Assembly (NCBI GenBank): GCA_001805965.1
Contig: MHHG01000005.1
Coordinates: forward strand, 5,279 to 69,278
Length of the DNA stretch: 64,000 bases
Reading direction: 5' to 3'
DNA from: Omnitrophica WOR_2 bacterium RIFOXYA2_FULL_38_17
Lineage (GTDB): Bacteria > Omnitrophota > Gorgyraeia > Zapsychrales > Zapsychraceae
Shown here: positions 39,848 through 49,482 of the stretch, piece by piece
How the letters are laid out: each line of letters begins with the position of its first letter
Numbering within the stretch: the stretch's first letter is position 1
Notes under the pieces: model-generated
The model's input: only the letters and a program-made list of their open reading frames with translations
Told to the model about the DNA's origin: nothing
Database searches by the model: none
Position numbers and translations under genes: made by a program

Positions 39848-40177
39848 ATGTTAACATATAAAACAGTTTTAGCTTTAATGTTGTTTGGCATGATTTATCC
39901 ACTTATTTTCCTTTTCTGGCATGCAAAAAAAAGCAGTTACAGAAAGCATATAACATATGCAAACATAGCTTCTGGCTTAACAGTGGTATATTTGCTATTA
40001 TCACACATTCCGTTTAACTTCAAACTATGGGTTATCTTCTGGAAAATCACACTTTTAGCATCATCAAGCTATAATTGGAGAAAAAAGACCATTACAGCTC
40101 AGTTATTTTTAGTGCAATTCTTTGCAGGTATTTATGTGTTTTACCTGCTTTTTACTCATAAACCCTTATATTTTTAG
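39848..40177 (+). CDS. Hypothetical small membrane protein
   Basis: It has three predicted TM segments and no homology motif recognised. Confidence 0.35.
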   Translation: MLTYKTVLALMLFGMIYPLIFLFWHAKKSSYRKHITYANIASGLTVVYLLLSHIPFNFKLWVIFWKITLLASSSYNWRKKTITAQLFLVQFFAGIYVFYLLFTHKPLYF

Positions 40178-40204
40178 CAAATCATTGTTATTTTTTACTT
40201 TTTT

Positions 40205-40232
40205 TGTAACTTTTCTTTTCAAATTGCGTTTA
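40205..40232 (+). promoter_or_regulatory. ECF-sigma-type promoter motif TGTAAC-N16-CGTTTA upstream of the ECF sigma gene (possible autoregulation)
   Basis: A -35 AAC core and a -10 CGT core with a 16-nt spacer resemble SigW/SigE-class promoters. Confidence 0.35.
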
Positions 40233-40234
40233 AA

Positions 40235-40855
40235 ATGTTGGAGAGAGGGGAACAAAGCAAACTAGAGAGCTTTATGGAGAAAAAAGACGAACAACTGATA
40301 ATAGAATATCAGCAAGGTAATGATGAGAACGCTTTAGTAACACTCTTTAACCGCTATAAAACTCATATATTGAACTTTGCTTTAAGAATATTGGGCAATA
40401 GGGCTGATGCTGAGGATGTTACAAGTGATTGCTTTTTAACGCTCTTTAAAAAAAGATACATATATCGGGCAAAAGTAAAATTTTCAACTTGGCTTTTTAC
40501 TGTTGCGAGAAATTTATGTATCAATAGAATCAGAAAACGAAAAAAGCTTGGTTCTATGTGGTTTAAAAAAGACAGTAACAATTACGAGCAGTGGGATGTA
40601 ACTGATGAAAAAGACGCTGCAGATACTGAGCTTGAAAAAACAGAGGCTTCAATAATGGTAAGAAAGGCCATCCTAAAACTTGCTGAAGAACAAAAAGAGG
40701 CTCTCATTTTACGAGAATATCATAATATGAACTATGCTGAGATATCACAAATAATGAACTGCTCTTTAGAAAAAGTTAAAATCCTTATATTCAGGGCTAG
40801 AGAACAGCTAAAAATCGAACTATCATCCTTCGTATTGGAGGGAGAAAATGACTGA
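40235..40855 (+). CDS. ECF (sigma-70 family) RNA polymerase sigma factor
   Basis: Region 2 (…LFNRYKTHILNFALRILGNRADAEDVTSDCFL…) and region 4 (YAEISQIMNCSLEKVKILIFRAREQLK) are present. The more likely start is the ATG at 40274, preceded by a GAGAG RBS, because the first ATG sits only 3 nt after the putative -10 element. Confidence 0.8.
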   Translation: MLERGEQSKLESFMEKKDEQLIIEYQQGNDENALVTLFNRYKTHILNFALRILGNRADAEDVTSDCFLTLFKKRYIYRAKVKFSTWLFTVARNLCINRIRKRKKLGSMWFKKDSNNYEQWDVTDEKDAADTELEKTEASIMVRKAILKLAEEQKEALILREYHNMNYAEISQIMNCSLEKVKILIFRAREQLKIELSSFVLEGEND

Positions 40856-43223
40856 ACATATAGAATATAAAAAAATAATATCTATTTATTTTGATGGAGA
40901 AGCAACCCCTCAAGAAAAAACAATAATAGAGAAGCACATATCAGAATGTGAAGATTGCAGAAAGTATCACGAAGAGCTCCATAAACTCTCCAAAAAAATA
41001 AAAAAATGGGGCAATGAATCCCTCTCTCCCGATCTGGAACAAAAAATCAATAGTAATATGATAAATATTACAAATCGGGAGGTCAAGAAAATGAAAACAC
41101 CAAGTTCAATGCTTAAAACAAGTGTCGGCGGTGGAGTAGTAGTTACCTTATTAATTTGTGTTTTTGCCCTTCATAACTACTCACAAAGAAGCCTTCAGGC
41201 CAGAGTTAGAGATGCTTCAATTTATCTGGCTGCAGAAAGATCAGATGCAGCAAAAACAAATCAGTACGAGCCCTATTATCTAGAGGTAGACACCAAGCTA
41301 AAAAAAGATAATCTCAGCGCAATAAAGCCATTCAAAAAAGCATCACCTATCATTAAAGAGGAAGAAAAGACTATCAATTTTAAGTCCGAAAAACCAGTTT
41401 CTCAAAAAGGATCAGATAAATATGAGCCGTATTACCTGGCAACTGATTATGATATTGTCAAAAATGAAACTATTACCGAAACATATTCTATGCCAGGCGA
41501 AAGTGATAAATTGACCTTATCTGAAAAACAAGTATATAAGGTCAAGGATTTGGGTGCAGGCAGTATAAGCCCGTCACAGCCTGCATTTGCTTTTGGAAGT
41601 TCTGATGAAGGAAGAGCGGTTGCAAGAACACGAAGCTCAGCCGGAATGCAAACAATGATGTATGGTTCAGCTGCCATTGCAGATCATGAAATGGGAATTT
41701 CTGACGGTTATTATTATAGGCAAAAATCAATTATGCCTTATCCTGTTAATCCTTACGTTCAACAGCCATACAATACCGAGCAATATGATAGTATCGTGGA
41801 AAATGAGTTTCTTGACGTTTCTGAAAATCCGCTTTCAACTTTCTCTATTGATGTGGACACTGCATCATACAGTAATGTCAGAAGGTTCCTGAATTCAAAT
41901 CAAATGCCACCCGAAGATGCGGTCAGAATAGAAGAGATGATCAACTATTTTTCATATAATTATCCGGCGCCTCAAGGCAACAAGCCATTTTCAATTAATA
42001 CAAATGCCTCAGTATGTCCATGGAACACAAACCACCAATTAGTATCAATTGGATTGCAGGGAAAAGTTTTTGAAGGCAATGAAATCCCCCCCAGTAATTT
42101 GGTATTCCTTATAGATGTGTCCGGGTCAATGAACCAGCCTAACAAATTACCTTTATTAAAATCAGCTTTTTTAATGATGGCTAACCAACTGTCATCAAAT
42201 GAAAGGGTAGCTATTGTTGTATATGCTGGAGCCGCTGGAATAGTTCTTGAATCAACACCAGGCTCAAACAAGCAAAGAATAACTCAAGCCATTAACGACC
42301 TTTCTGCAGGGGGTTCAACTGCCGGCGGCGCAGGGATCCAGCTTGCGTATAAAATAGCTAGAGAGAATTTTATCGATGGTGGAAATAACCGTGTGATTCT
42401 GGCAACCGATGGTGATTTCAATGTGGGAGTTTCATCAAATTCTGAGCTAGTACGTATGATAGAAAAGGAAAGAGAAGCGGGCATATTTTTAACGATCCTT
42501 GGGTTCGGAACAGGCAATTATAAAGATTCGAAAATGGAACAAATTGCCAATAAGGGTAATGGGAACTATTACTATATCGACACACAGAAAGAGGCAAGGA
42601 AAGTGCTTGTCAATGAACTGGGTTCAACACTTTTTACAATTGCTAAGGATGTTAAGATCCAGATAGAATTCAATCCGGCACAAATCAGATCTTATAAACT
42701 TATTGGCTATGAAAACAGATTGCTTGCAAAAGAGGACTTTAATGACGACACAAAAGATGCAGGCGAGTTAGGCGCGGGGCATACAGTAACTGCACTTTAT
42801 GAAATCATCCCTGTTGATCCTGAAAAGGAGACCAGAAAAGTCGACGAACTTGCTTATCAAGTGAAAAAGATCATACCAAGCGCTGATCTTATGACCGTTA
42901 AATTAAGATACAAAGAGCCTAATGGCGTTACTAGCAACTTAATTAAACAAACAGTAAACAAGAATGATATCGCACCAAGTCCTAGAGGTGATCTTCAGTT
43001 TGTTTCAGCAGTTGCCGAATTTGGATTGATATTAAGAAATTCAAAGCACCGAGCAAATGCTTCATACGAGAATGCACTAAGAAATGCCAGAGAAGCAATC
43101 GGAAAAGATGTTTATGGGTACAGGGCTGAGTTAATAGACCTTATTGAAAAAGCCAAGATGATCGATTCAAGGGTCTACAGCGATGATTATGAATCTAACA
43201 CCGGAATGCAGTTTAAAAGGTGA
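40848..43223 (+). CDS. Anti-sigma factor (zinc-finger ZAS N-terminus, single TM) fused to an extracytoplasmic VWA domain (YfbK-like)
   Basis: The N-terminal ZAS motif HISECEDCRKYHEEL is followed by a TM helix (VGGGVVVTLLICVFAL). The VWA MIDAS motif LIDVSGSM is present downstream. The start overlaps the sigma gene by 8 nt. Confidence 0.7.
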   Translation: MTEHIEYKKIISIYFDGEATPQEKTIIEKHISECEDCRKYHEELHKLSKKIKKWGNESLSPDLEQKINSNMINITNREVKKMKTPSSMLKTSVGGGVVVTLLICVFALHNYSQRSLQARVRDASIYLAAERSDAAKTNQYEPYYLEVDTKLKKDNLSAIKPFKKASPIIKEEEKTINFKSEKPVSQKGSDKYEPYYLATDYDIVKNETITETYSMPGESDKLTLSEKQVYKVKDLGAGSISPSQPAFAFGSSDEGRAVARTRSSAGMQTMMYGSAAIADHEMGISDGYYYRQKSIMPYPVNPYVQQPYNTEQYDSIVENEFLDVSENPLSTFSIDVDTASYSNVRRFLNSNQMPPEDAVRIEEMINYFSYNYPAPQGNKPFSINTNASVCPWNTNHQLVSIGLQGKVFEGNEIPPSNLVFLIDVSGSMNQPNKLPLLKSAFLMMANQLSSNERVAIVVYAGAAGIVLESTPGSNKQRITQAINDLSAGGSTAGGAGIQLAYKIARENFIDGGNNRVILATDGDFNVGVSSNSELVRMIEKEREAGIFLTILGFGTGNYKDSKMEQIANKGNGNYYYIDTQKEARKVLVNELGSTLFTIAKDVKIQIEFNPAQIRSYKLIGYENRLLAKEDFNDDTKDAGELGAGHTVTALYEIIPVDPEKETRKVDELAYQVKKIIPSADLMTVKLRYKEPNGVTSNLIKQTVNKNDIAPSPRGDLQFVSAVAEFGLILRNSKHRANASYENALRNAREAIGKDVYGYRAELIDLIEKAKMIDSRVYSDDYESNTGMQFKR

Positions 43224-43302
43224 TCATATAAATAATTAAGGGGAACGCGTCTTCGAAATGACGCATTCCGCAATATTAAACATTATTATAAACCTCCAAG
43301 CT

Positions 43303-43338
43303 AAAAAAGGGGAAGAGCCGAAAACTCTTCCCCTTTTT
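43303..43338. terminator. Bidirectional intrinsic terminator between convergent genes
   Basis: An A-run is followed by a perfect 9-bp stem GGGGAAGAG / CTCTTCCCC with a 7-nt loop and then TTTTT. Confidence 0.7.
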
Positions 43339-43365
43339 AATCTATTAAAACAGGCAAAACTATTT

Positions 43366-44805
43366 CTAAAAGAAGCTTAAAAGCTTAGACGCAAAATAAC
43401 TAATAAATGCTTTGAACCCATAAAGCTTACGAAGCAGATCCCCAAAAGAACGGATTGAAATAAGCATCTTCCACATTTGCGATGGTCTTAAATAAAATTC
43501 TTTAAGTGCTATATCAATAAAGCCATCAATTTCTTTATTGCTTAACTGAGGATAACTGACCAAAGTTTTTTGTTCGCGCCCTTCAGTAAGCCATTGTTCC
43601 CAATCATCCACTAATAAATATTTATTTTTTTTTGCCCAATCATACATAACAGTACCCGGATAAACAGCTATTCCCGTAAATTGAACAGTATCCATTGGTA
43701 TTGATTTTGCAAAATCAACTGTCGCCCTAGCTGTTTCGCGAGTTTCACCAGGAGCACCAAACATAAAACACCCATGTACAGTAAATCCTAGTTGCTCGGC
43801 CCTAACTGCAAATTTTCGGGCCATATCGACGCTCACACCACCTTTACAAACAGCTTTTAAGCCTTCATCATAACCAAATTCAAAACCCACCATAAGCATT
43901 CTGCAGCCAGCTTTTTTCATTAATGGAAGAATTTCCAGGTCCGTATCGACTCTAGCATTACAGGACCATGATATCTTTCTATTTAGTCCCCGATTTAAAA
44001 TCTCATTACAAACATCAACAACATGCTGTTTGTCTGCAGTAAAAGTATCCGTTTCAAACATTATTTCCCTGATCTTAGGATGAACCTTAAGGTCATATTC
44101 CATTTCATCAACCACTTTTTTGGCATCTCGCATTCTAAGCGTATAACCATACATTGTGCGAGGATCACGGCAAAAAGTACATCCGTTGTTACATCCTCTA
44201 CCGGTAAGAATAGTCAAAAAAGGATATTTCTTTCCCGCATCTGGATACCATTCAGGCTCAATTAATTGCCATGCTGGAAAAGGAAGAAGGTTTACATCAA
44301 TCTGAGGCCTGTTTGGATTGTTTACAATAATGTTCTGGTCAAAATAGGATAGCCCTGGGATTTTCTTTAAATCAACTCCTTGGGCCAGGTCTCGCAACGT
44401 GAAATCATATTCAGCTCTTAATATATAATCAACGACGCCTTTGCCTAATTCAAATGTATTATCAACCTCTGCAGAAACATGCTGCCCGACAAATGCCACT
44501 TTACAACTGATCTGATCCTTGATAGCTTTTGCCTGTCCAATATCGTTATATATTGATGGGGTTGTGGCATGTACGACAAGTAGCTCTGCTCCAAATTCTT
44601 TTACTACTGAATAAGATTGCTCCGGTGTTAGATTTCTTGCAGCTGCTTCGACAAATAAAACTTCATGCCCATTGTCTATAAGAATTTGAGCAGCTATCAA
44701 TAAATATTCTGGATGCCTTTGCACTCGTCCACGCGATTTTGCAGCCCATCGTGCAACTCGGACAAAATCATCACCATAAGAAGGATTTAATATTGCAACT
44801 TTCAT
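43366..44805 (-). CDS. Class B (B12-binding domain) radical SAM protein
   Basis: ILTGRGCNNGCTFC is a CX3CX2C motif, preceded by an N-terminal B12-binding-like domain. It is a paralog of the two B12-radical SAM genes at 1.9-4.7 kb. Confidence 0.65.
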   Translation of the reverse strand: MKVAILNPSYGDDFVRVARWAAKSRGRVQRHPEYLLIAAQILIDNGHEVLFVEAAARNLTPEQSYSVVKEFGAELLVVHATTPSIYNDIGQAKAIKDQISCKVAFVGQHVSAEVDNTFELGKGVVDYILRAEYDFTLRDLAQGVDLKKIPGLSYFDQNIIVNNPNRPQIDVNLLPFPAWQLIEPEWYPDAGKKYPFLTILTGRGCNNGCTFCRDPRTMYGYTLRMRDAKKVVDEMEYDLKVHPKIREIMFETDTFTADKQHVVDVCNEILNRGLNRKISWSCNARVDTDLEILPLMKKAGCRMLMVGFEFGYDEGLKAVCKGGVSVDMARKFAVRAEQLGFTVHGCFMFGAPGETRETARATVDFAKSIPMDTVQFTGIAVYPGTVMYDWAKKNKYLLVDDWEQWLTEGREQKTLVSYPQLSNKEIDGFIDIALKEFYLRPSQMWKMLISIRSFGDLLRKLYGFKAFISYFASKLLSFF

Positions 44806-45027
44806 ATTTTATTGGAGTTTTTAATGATACAAAAATAAAACTATAAACATAGTAAGAGTATAAATATATAAATGCAAGCACATTTTGATTTTCACAAGAA
44901 AACCAGCTTTATTGCGGCAATTTTTATCATATAGTGAACTTTATTATCTATTAATTGAACAGAATAATTATATTGCTATAATTAAACCTAGTAATTTTAT
45001 TAATACTTAAAAACCGGCTTTAAATAT

Positions 45028-45939
45028 ATGAATCGAACCAAGTTGACAATATTAATTTTGTTCTTGTTTGCATCCAACGTTAGCGCAGAAATAATCAAGC
45101 TTCATAATGGTGATATTATTGATGCTAAAGTCATAAGAAGAGATTCTGATTCTTTTACCGTAAATATTGGAGGGGTTGAAATAACTTACTGGCAGGATGA
45201 TGTTGAATCAACAGACAGTAATACTCAAGATCAGGGATATAAACAAAATTTAACTGACAATAAGGACACTAATTCTTTTTTAAATCCTGACGATATTTCC
45301 CAAATTTATGACGATTTTAATGATGAATCTGAAACAAGAGACCCATCTTCCGATATAGACATAATCATAAATGATGAAGTTGGCGATATATCAAGAAACA
45401 GTAAATGTTCACATGATATTAAAACGATCTACACAAAAACAGTGCCCGGATATTTAATTTTTAAAGCTGTTACTGAAACTAACATATCAAAATGTCTACA
45501 AGCGGCAAATATGGCTGGAGCAGTAATGGAAGTGTATATTGATGCCGATAATGATAGGTCAACAGGGCAGAATACTTTCTGGGGAAAAATTCCAGGCTTT
45601 GAGTTTCATATCAAACTTTTAGCAGGCATTGATTATGGGAATCAAGGATTCATAACAGAGGGCAGGTTAAATAATCAAGATCCAATAGATTTCTTTGCAA
45701 GCCATGATGTAGGGGATTGCACGGATAGCTCTTTGTGCTTTACAAAGATAATCAACAGCCTTGACAATGATGCGATCAGTAATTCTGAACTTGGTGATAA
45801 TTTTATATCCGCAAAAATACCTATTGAAAAACTTGGATTAACCCCCGGAAAAAAAATCAGACTTATCTTTAGAGAATCTGGCTCAAAAGATATTAAAGAA
45901 GGAAGCTTTTCTCAAGAAAAGTATTTGATTTTAAAATAA
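45028..45939 (+). CDS. Hypothetical secreted acidic protein
   Basis: A signal peptide MNRTKLTILILFLFASNVSA is present. The protein is Asp/Ser/Asn-rich and no domain was recognised. Confidence 0.4.
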   Translation: MNRTKLTILILFLFASNVSAEIIKLHNGDIIDAKVIRRDSDSFTVNIGGVEITYWQDDVESTDSNTQDQGYKQNLTDNKDTNSFLNPDDISQIYDDFNDESETRDPSSDIDIIINDEVGDISRNSKCSHDIKTIYTKTVPGYLIFKAVTETNISKCLQAANMAGAVMEVYIDADNDRSTGQNTFWGKIPGFEFHIKLLAGIDYGNQGFITEGRLNNQDPIDFFASHDVGDCTDSSLCFTKIINSLDNDAISNSELGDNFISAKIPIEKLGLTPGKKIRLIFRESGSKDIKEGSFSQEKYLILK

Positions 45940-46067
45940 TTATATAGTTCTTTTTAATACATTATTTACAGCATTAGTTGAAAAAAACGTTCAATTGCAT
46001 TAGAATACTTTTTCATAGAACTCATCAATAAGATCATCCATTAACTATTTTATTCAAGGGGTAAAAA

Positions 46068-46598
46068 ATGGACATGTTGAAAACAATTCTTGACCGCAGA
46101 AGCATTAGAAAATATACTGGAGACCCGGTAAGCCGCGATAAATTAATATCTCTAGCAAAAGCCGGGATGGCAGCACCAACCTCAAGAGATACACGCCATT
46201 TTAATTTTATAATTGTTGATGATGAATCAGTTATTAATAAATTGCTTGAAGGGTTGCCTTATTCAAAGATGATGGCAACTGCAAAACATGCAATTATTGT
46301 AACTAGTGACCTTTCAATAGCACATGGGGGCGCAGAAACAGATTATTGGATACAGGACTGTTCTGCTGCAGCTCAAAACATTACTCTGGCTGCAACTGCG
46401 CTTGGCCTTGGCGCATGTTGGACTGCAGCTCATCCCAGAGAAGAAAGAGTAAACTTCGTAAAGAAGGTTATTGAATTACCTCAGAATGTAAATCCATTGT
46501 GTGTAATTGCTGTCGGTATTCCAACAGGTGAAGAAAAGCCAAGAGATAAATTTGATCCATCACACGTCTTTTTTAACAAATGGGGGAAATTATCGTAA
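46068..46598 (+). CDS. Nitroreductase family protein
   Basis: ILDRRSIRKY…AAQNITLAATALGLGACW is the nitroreductase signature. Confidence 0.75.
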   Translation: MDMLKTILDRRSIRKYTGDPVSRDKLISLAKAGMAAPTSRDTRHFNFIIVDDESVINKLLEGLPYSKMMATAKHAIIVTSDLSIAHGGAETDYWIQDCSAAAQNITLAATALGLGACWTAAHPREERVNFVKKVIELPQNVNPLCVIAVGIPTGEEKPRDKFDPSHVFFNKWGKLS

Positions 46599-46635
46599 TT
46601 TTATAAAAAGTATTTTATTTATTAAATTTAAAAAT

Positions 46636-46673
46636 GGTCATGGCTTTCTAGGTGTTAAGGCCTGACCTTTTTT
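46636..46673 (+). terminator. Possible intrinsic terminator after the nitroreductase gene
   Basis: The imperfect stem GGTCA...TGACC is followed by TTTTTT. Confidence 0.35.
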
Positions 46674-46687
46674 CATCAAATAGAATA

Positions 46688-46716
46688 TTGACTCGTGAGC
46701 ACTATTTCCATATAAT
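46688..46716 (+). promoter_or_regulatory. Consensus sigma70 promoter TTGACT-N17-TATAAT upstream of acnA
   Basis: Both hexamers match the consensus exactly with a 17-nt spacer. It lies ~55 nt upstream of the acnA start. Confidence 0.55.
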
Positions 46717-46771
46717 ACGTTTCATTCAGCCATAAGTATAATGTAAATATCATGTTAGGAAACCATTTATT

Positions 46772-49453
46772 ATGAGCAGCTTTAATAAAAATAAAATCTT
46801 CAAATTATTAAACACGAAATCTGGAAAATATAAGATCGCTTCCTTTTCTAAACTAGACAAGCTTGTCTCAGGAAACATAGGCAAACTGCCTTTTTCTATA
46901 AAAATAATTCTTGAAAGTGCTTTAAGAAATTTTGATAATTTTCAAATAACAGAAAAAGATATTAAAAATATATTAAGCTGGACTCCAAAATCAAAAGCAG
47001 TTAAAGAAATTGCTTTTAAACCAGCTCGTGTAATCTTACAGGATTTTACAGGTGTTCCTTGTGTTGTTGACCTTGCAGCATTGCGTTCAGGAATGAAGGC
47101 GCTCGGAGGGGATATCAGCAAGATAAATCCTCAAGTACCTTGCGACCTTGTAATTGACCATTCTCTTCAAATTGATGCTTTTGGAAGCAAAAGTGCATTA
47201 GATAAAAATGTATCTTTAGAGTTTAAACGAAACAAGGAAAGATATGAGTTCTTAAAGTGGGGGCAAGAGACTTTTAAGAACTTTAGAGTTGTTCCGCCTT
47301 CAACTGGAATTATTCATCAGATAAACCTTGAATATATAGCCAAAGGCATAATAAAGAAAATTGATGAAAAAGATGATACATTGATCTATCCGGATAGCTG
47401 CATAGGAACGGATAGCCACACTACAATGATAAATGGGCTTGGAATCGTTGGATGGGGTGTCGGCGGGATAGAAGCAGAGGCTGTTATGCTGGGAGAGCCA
47501 ATTTACATGCTATTGCCTGAAGTCGTTGGATTCGAATTAACTGGCCGTCTTAACGAAAATGTAACAGCTACCGACATGGTGCTTACAGTGGTTGAAATGC
47601 TAAGAAAGAAGGGTGTTGTTGGTAAATTTATTGAATTTTATGGTAATGGCCTTAAACATTTAAGCCTGCCGGATAGGGCAACAATATCGAACATGTGCCC
47701 TGAATATGGCGCAACCATAGGGATTTTCCCTATTGATGATGAAACATTAAAATATTATAGGCTTACTGGAAAAACTGAGCTTGAAGTTGACTTAATTGAG
47801 CATTACTTCAAAGAACAACAAATGTTCTATTATGAAAATTCTAAGCCTCCCAAATATAGTGAGAACGTTACCTTAGACCTATCGACCGTACAGTTGAGCC
47901 TCGCAGGGCCACGCCGACCACAGGATAGGATTCTTGTTGGAAAGCTGAAAGATTCTTTCAATAAGACAGTTAATGACATAGGCGTTAAAGCACCAATTAC
48001 AGAAGAAAGCAAAAAAGAAACACCTTTGAACCTGAAAAATGGATCAGTAGTTATTGCATCCATAACAAGCTGTACGAACACTTCAAATCCATCTGTTTTG
48101 ATTGGTGCAGGATTACTTGCAAAAAAAGCTTGTGAAAAGGGTTTAACAGTCCCAGATTTTGTTAAAACAAGTTTTGCCCCTGGATCACAAGTCGTTGAAG
48201 AGTACTTGAGCAGCTCTGGCTTATTAACATATCTTGAAAAATTAAAATTCCATATCGTCGGATATGGATGTGCAACTTGTATAGGAAATAGCGGGCCGCT
48301 AGCAGATCCAATCGTTAAAGAGATCAACCAGAAAAAGTTAATTGTTTCAAGTGTTTTGAGCGGGAATAGGAATTTTGAAGGACGTATAAACCCGCATACA
48401 AAAGTTAATTATCTAGCTAGCCCCGCTTTAGTCGTAGCTTATGCGCTTGCAGGAACGGTTGATATTAATTTGGAAATTGACCCCTTGGGTAAAAACAAGA
48501 ACGGTGAAAACATTTTCCTAAAAGATATATGGCCGGAACAGTCAGAGATAAATTCAGTAATTTGCAAGAATGTAAAACCTTCGTCATACAAAAAAAGGTA
48601 CAAAAATATAGATCATAGCAATTTGAAATGGAACACTATTAAAACAAGCAAATCAAATCTTTATCCCTGGAAAAAAACAAGCACCTATATCCAGGAACCA
48701 CCATTTTTCATAGAAATGGAAAAGTCACCAGGCCCTATAAAACCCGTAGAAGGGGCGCGAGTACTTGTAAAAGTCGGTGATTCAATAACAACAGACCATA
48801 TATCACCAGCTGGTTCAATTTCAAAAGATTCTCCAGCAGGAAAATATTTATTAAGTCTGGGGGTCAAAGAAAGTGATTTTAATAGTTATGGCTCTCGAAG
48901 AGGAAATGATAAGGTCATGACAAGAGGGACTTTTGCTAATATAAGATTAAAAAATGAACTCGCTTTAGGGACTGAAGGTTCATGGACAACCCATTTCCCA
49001 TCAAAGACCGTAATGAGTATTTACGATGCTTCATGCAAATATAAGGAAGCCCATACCCCTCTTTTGGTCCTGGCTGGAAAAGAGTATGGTACTGGTTCAT
49101 CCCGTGATTGGGCAGCAAAAGGCACTGCCCTATTAGGAGTCAGAGTTGTACTTGCTCAAAGCTACGAGAGGATTCATAGGAGCAACTTAGCTGGAATGGG
49201 CATACTGCCACTTGAATTCATAGAAGGAGAATCCGCTTCCTCGCTTGGGCTAGAAGGTGATGAAGTTTTTAACTTTATGGGAATAAATGACAACCTTAAG
49301 CCGCGAAGCATATTAAAAGTCGTTTCAGAATCGCCTTCAGGTAAAATAAATAATTTCAAAGCGATTGTTCGTCTCGATACACCAGTTGAAATAGATTATT
49401 ACAGGAATGGCGGAATCCTACAGACCGTTCTAAGAAAGCTAAGCAAGGCGTAA
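46772..49453 (+). CDS. acnA: Aconitate hydratase A
   Basis: Its 893-aa length and aconitase motifs (…[10 protein letters not shown]…, CATCIGNSG, …[10 protein letters not shown]…) match the AcnA/IRP class. Confidence 0.85.
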   Translation: MSSFNKNKIFKLLNTKSGKYKIASFSKLDKLVSGNIGKLPFSIKIILESALRNFDNFQITEKDIKNILSWTPKSKAVKEIAFKPARVILQDFTGVPCVVDLAALRSGMKALGGDISKINPQVPCDLVIDHSLQIDAFGSKSALDKNVSLEFKRNKERYEFLKWGQETFKNFRVVPPSTGIIHQINLEYIAKGIIKKIDEKDDTLIYPDSCIGTDSHTTMINGLGIVGWGVGGIEAEAVMLGEPIYMLLPEVVGFELTGRLNENVTATDMVLTVVEMLRKKGVVGKFIEFYGNGLKHLSLPDRATISNMCPEYGATIGIFPIDDETLKYYRLTGKTELEVDLIEHYFKEQQMFYYENSKPPKYSENVTLDLSTVQLSLAGPRRPQDRILVGKLKDSFNKTVNDIGVKAPITEESKKETPLNLKNGSVVIASITSCTNTSNPSVLIGAGLLAKKACEKGLTVPDFVKTSFAPGSQVVEEYLSSSGLLTYLEKLKFHIVGYGCATCIGNSGPLADPIVKEINQKKLIVSSVLSGNRNFEGRINPHTKVNYLASPALVVAYALAGTVDINLEIDPLGKNKNGENIFLKDIWPEQSEINSVICKNVKPSSYKKRYKNIDHSNLKWNTIKTSKSNLYPWKKTSTYIQEPPFFIEMEKSPGPIKPVEGARVLVKVGDSITTDHISPAGSISKDSPAGKYLLSLGVKESDFNSYGSRRGNDKVMTRGTFANIRLKNELALGTEGSWTTHFPSKTVMSIYDASCKYKEAHTPLLVLAGKEYGTGSSRDWAAKGTALLGVRVVLAQSYERIHRSNLAGMGILPLEFIEGESASSLGLEGDEVFNFMGINDNLKPRSILKVVSESPSGKINNFKAIVRLDTPVEIDYYRNGGILQTVLRKLSKA

Positions 49454-49482
49454 ACCAATATTTCACAAACCGGAGAATCATT

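Noticed and set aside
43240-43290. Second imperfect inverted repeat GAACGCGTC...GACGCATTC just upstream of the bidirectional terminator
   Set aside because: The stem has a C-A mismatch and no adjacent T-run. It is probably incidental or a minor accessory hairpin, and the strong terminator at 43303-43338 explains termination.
45973-46005. Weak sigma70-like element TTGAAA-N16-TAGAAT upstream of nitroreductase 46068
   Set aside because: The hexamers and spacing are poor matches. It is not distinguishable from background in AT-rich DNA.
47830-48327. 165-aa minus-strand ORF inside acnA
   Set aside because: It is a shadow ORF of a highly conserved aconitase gene.
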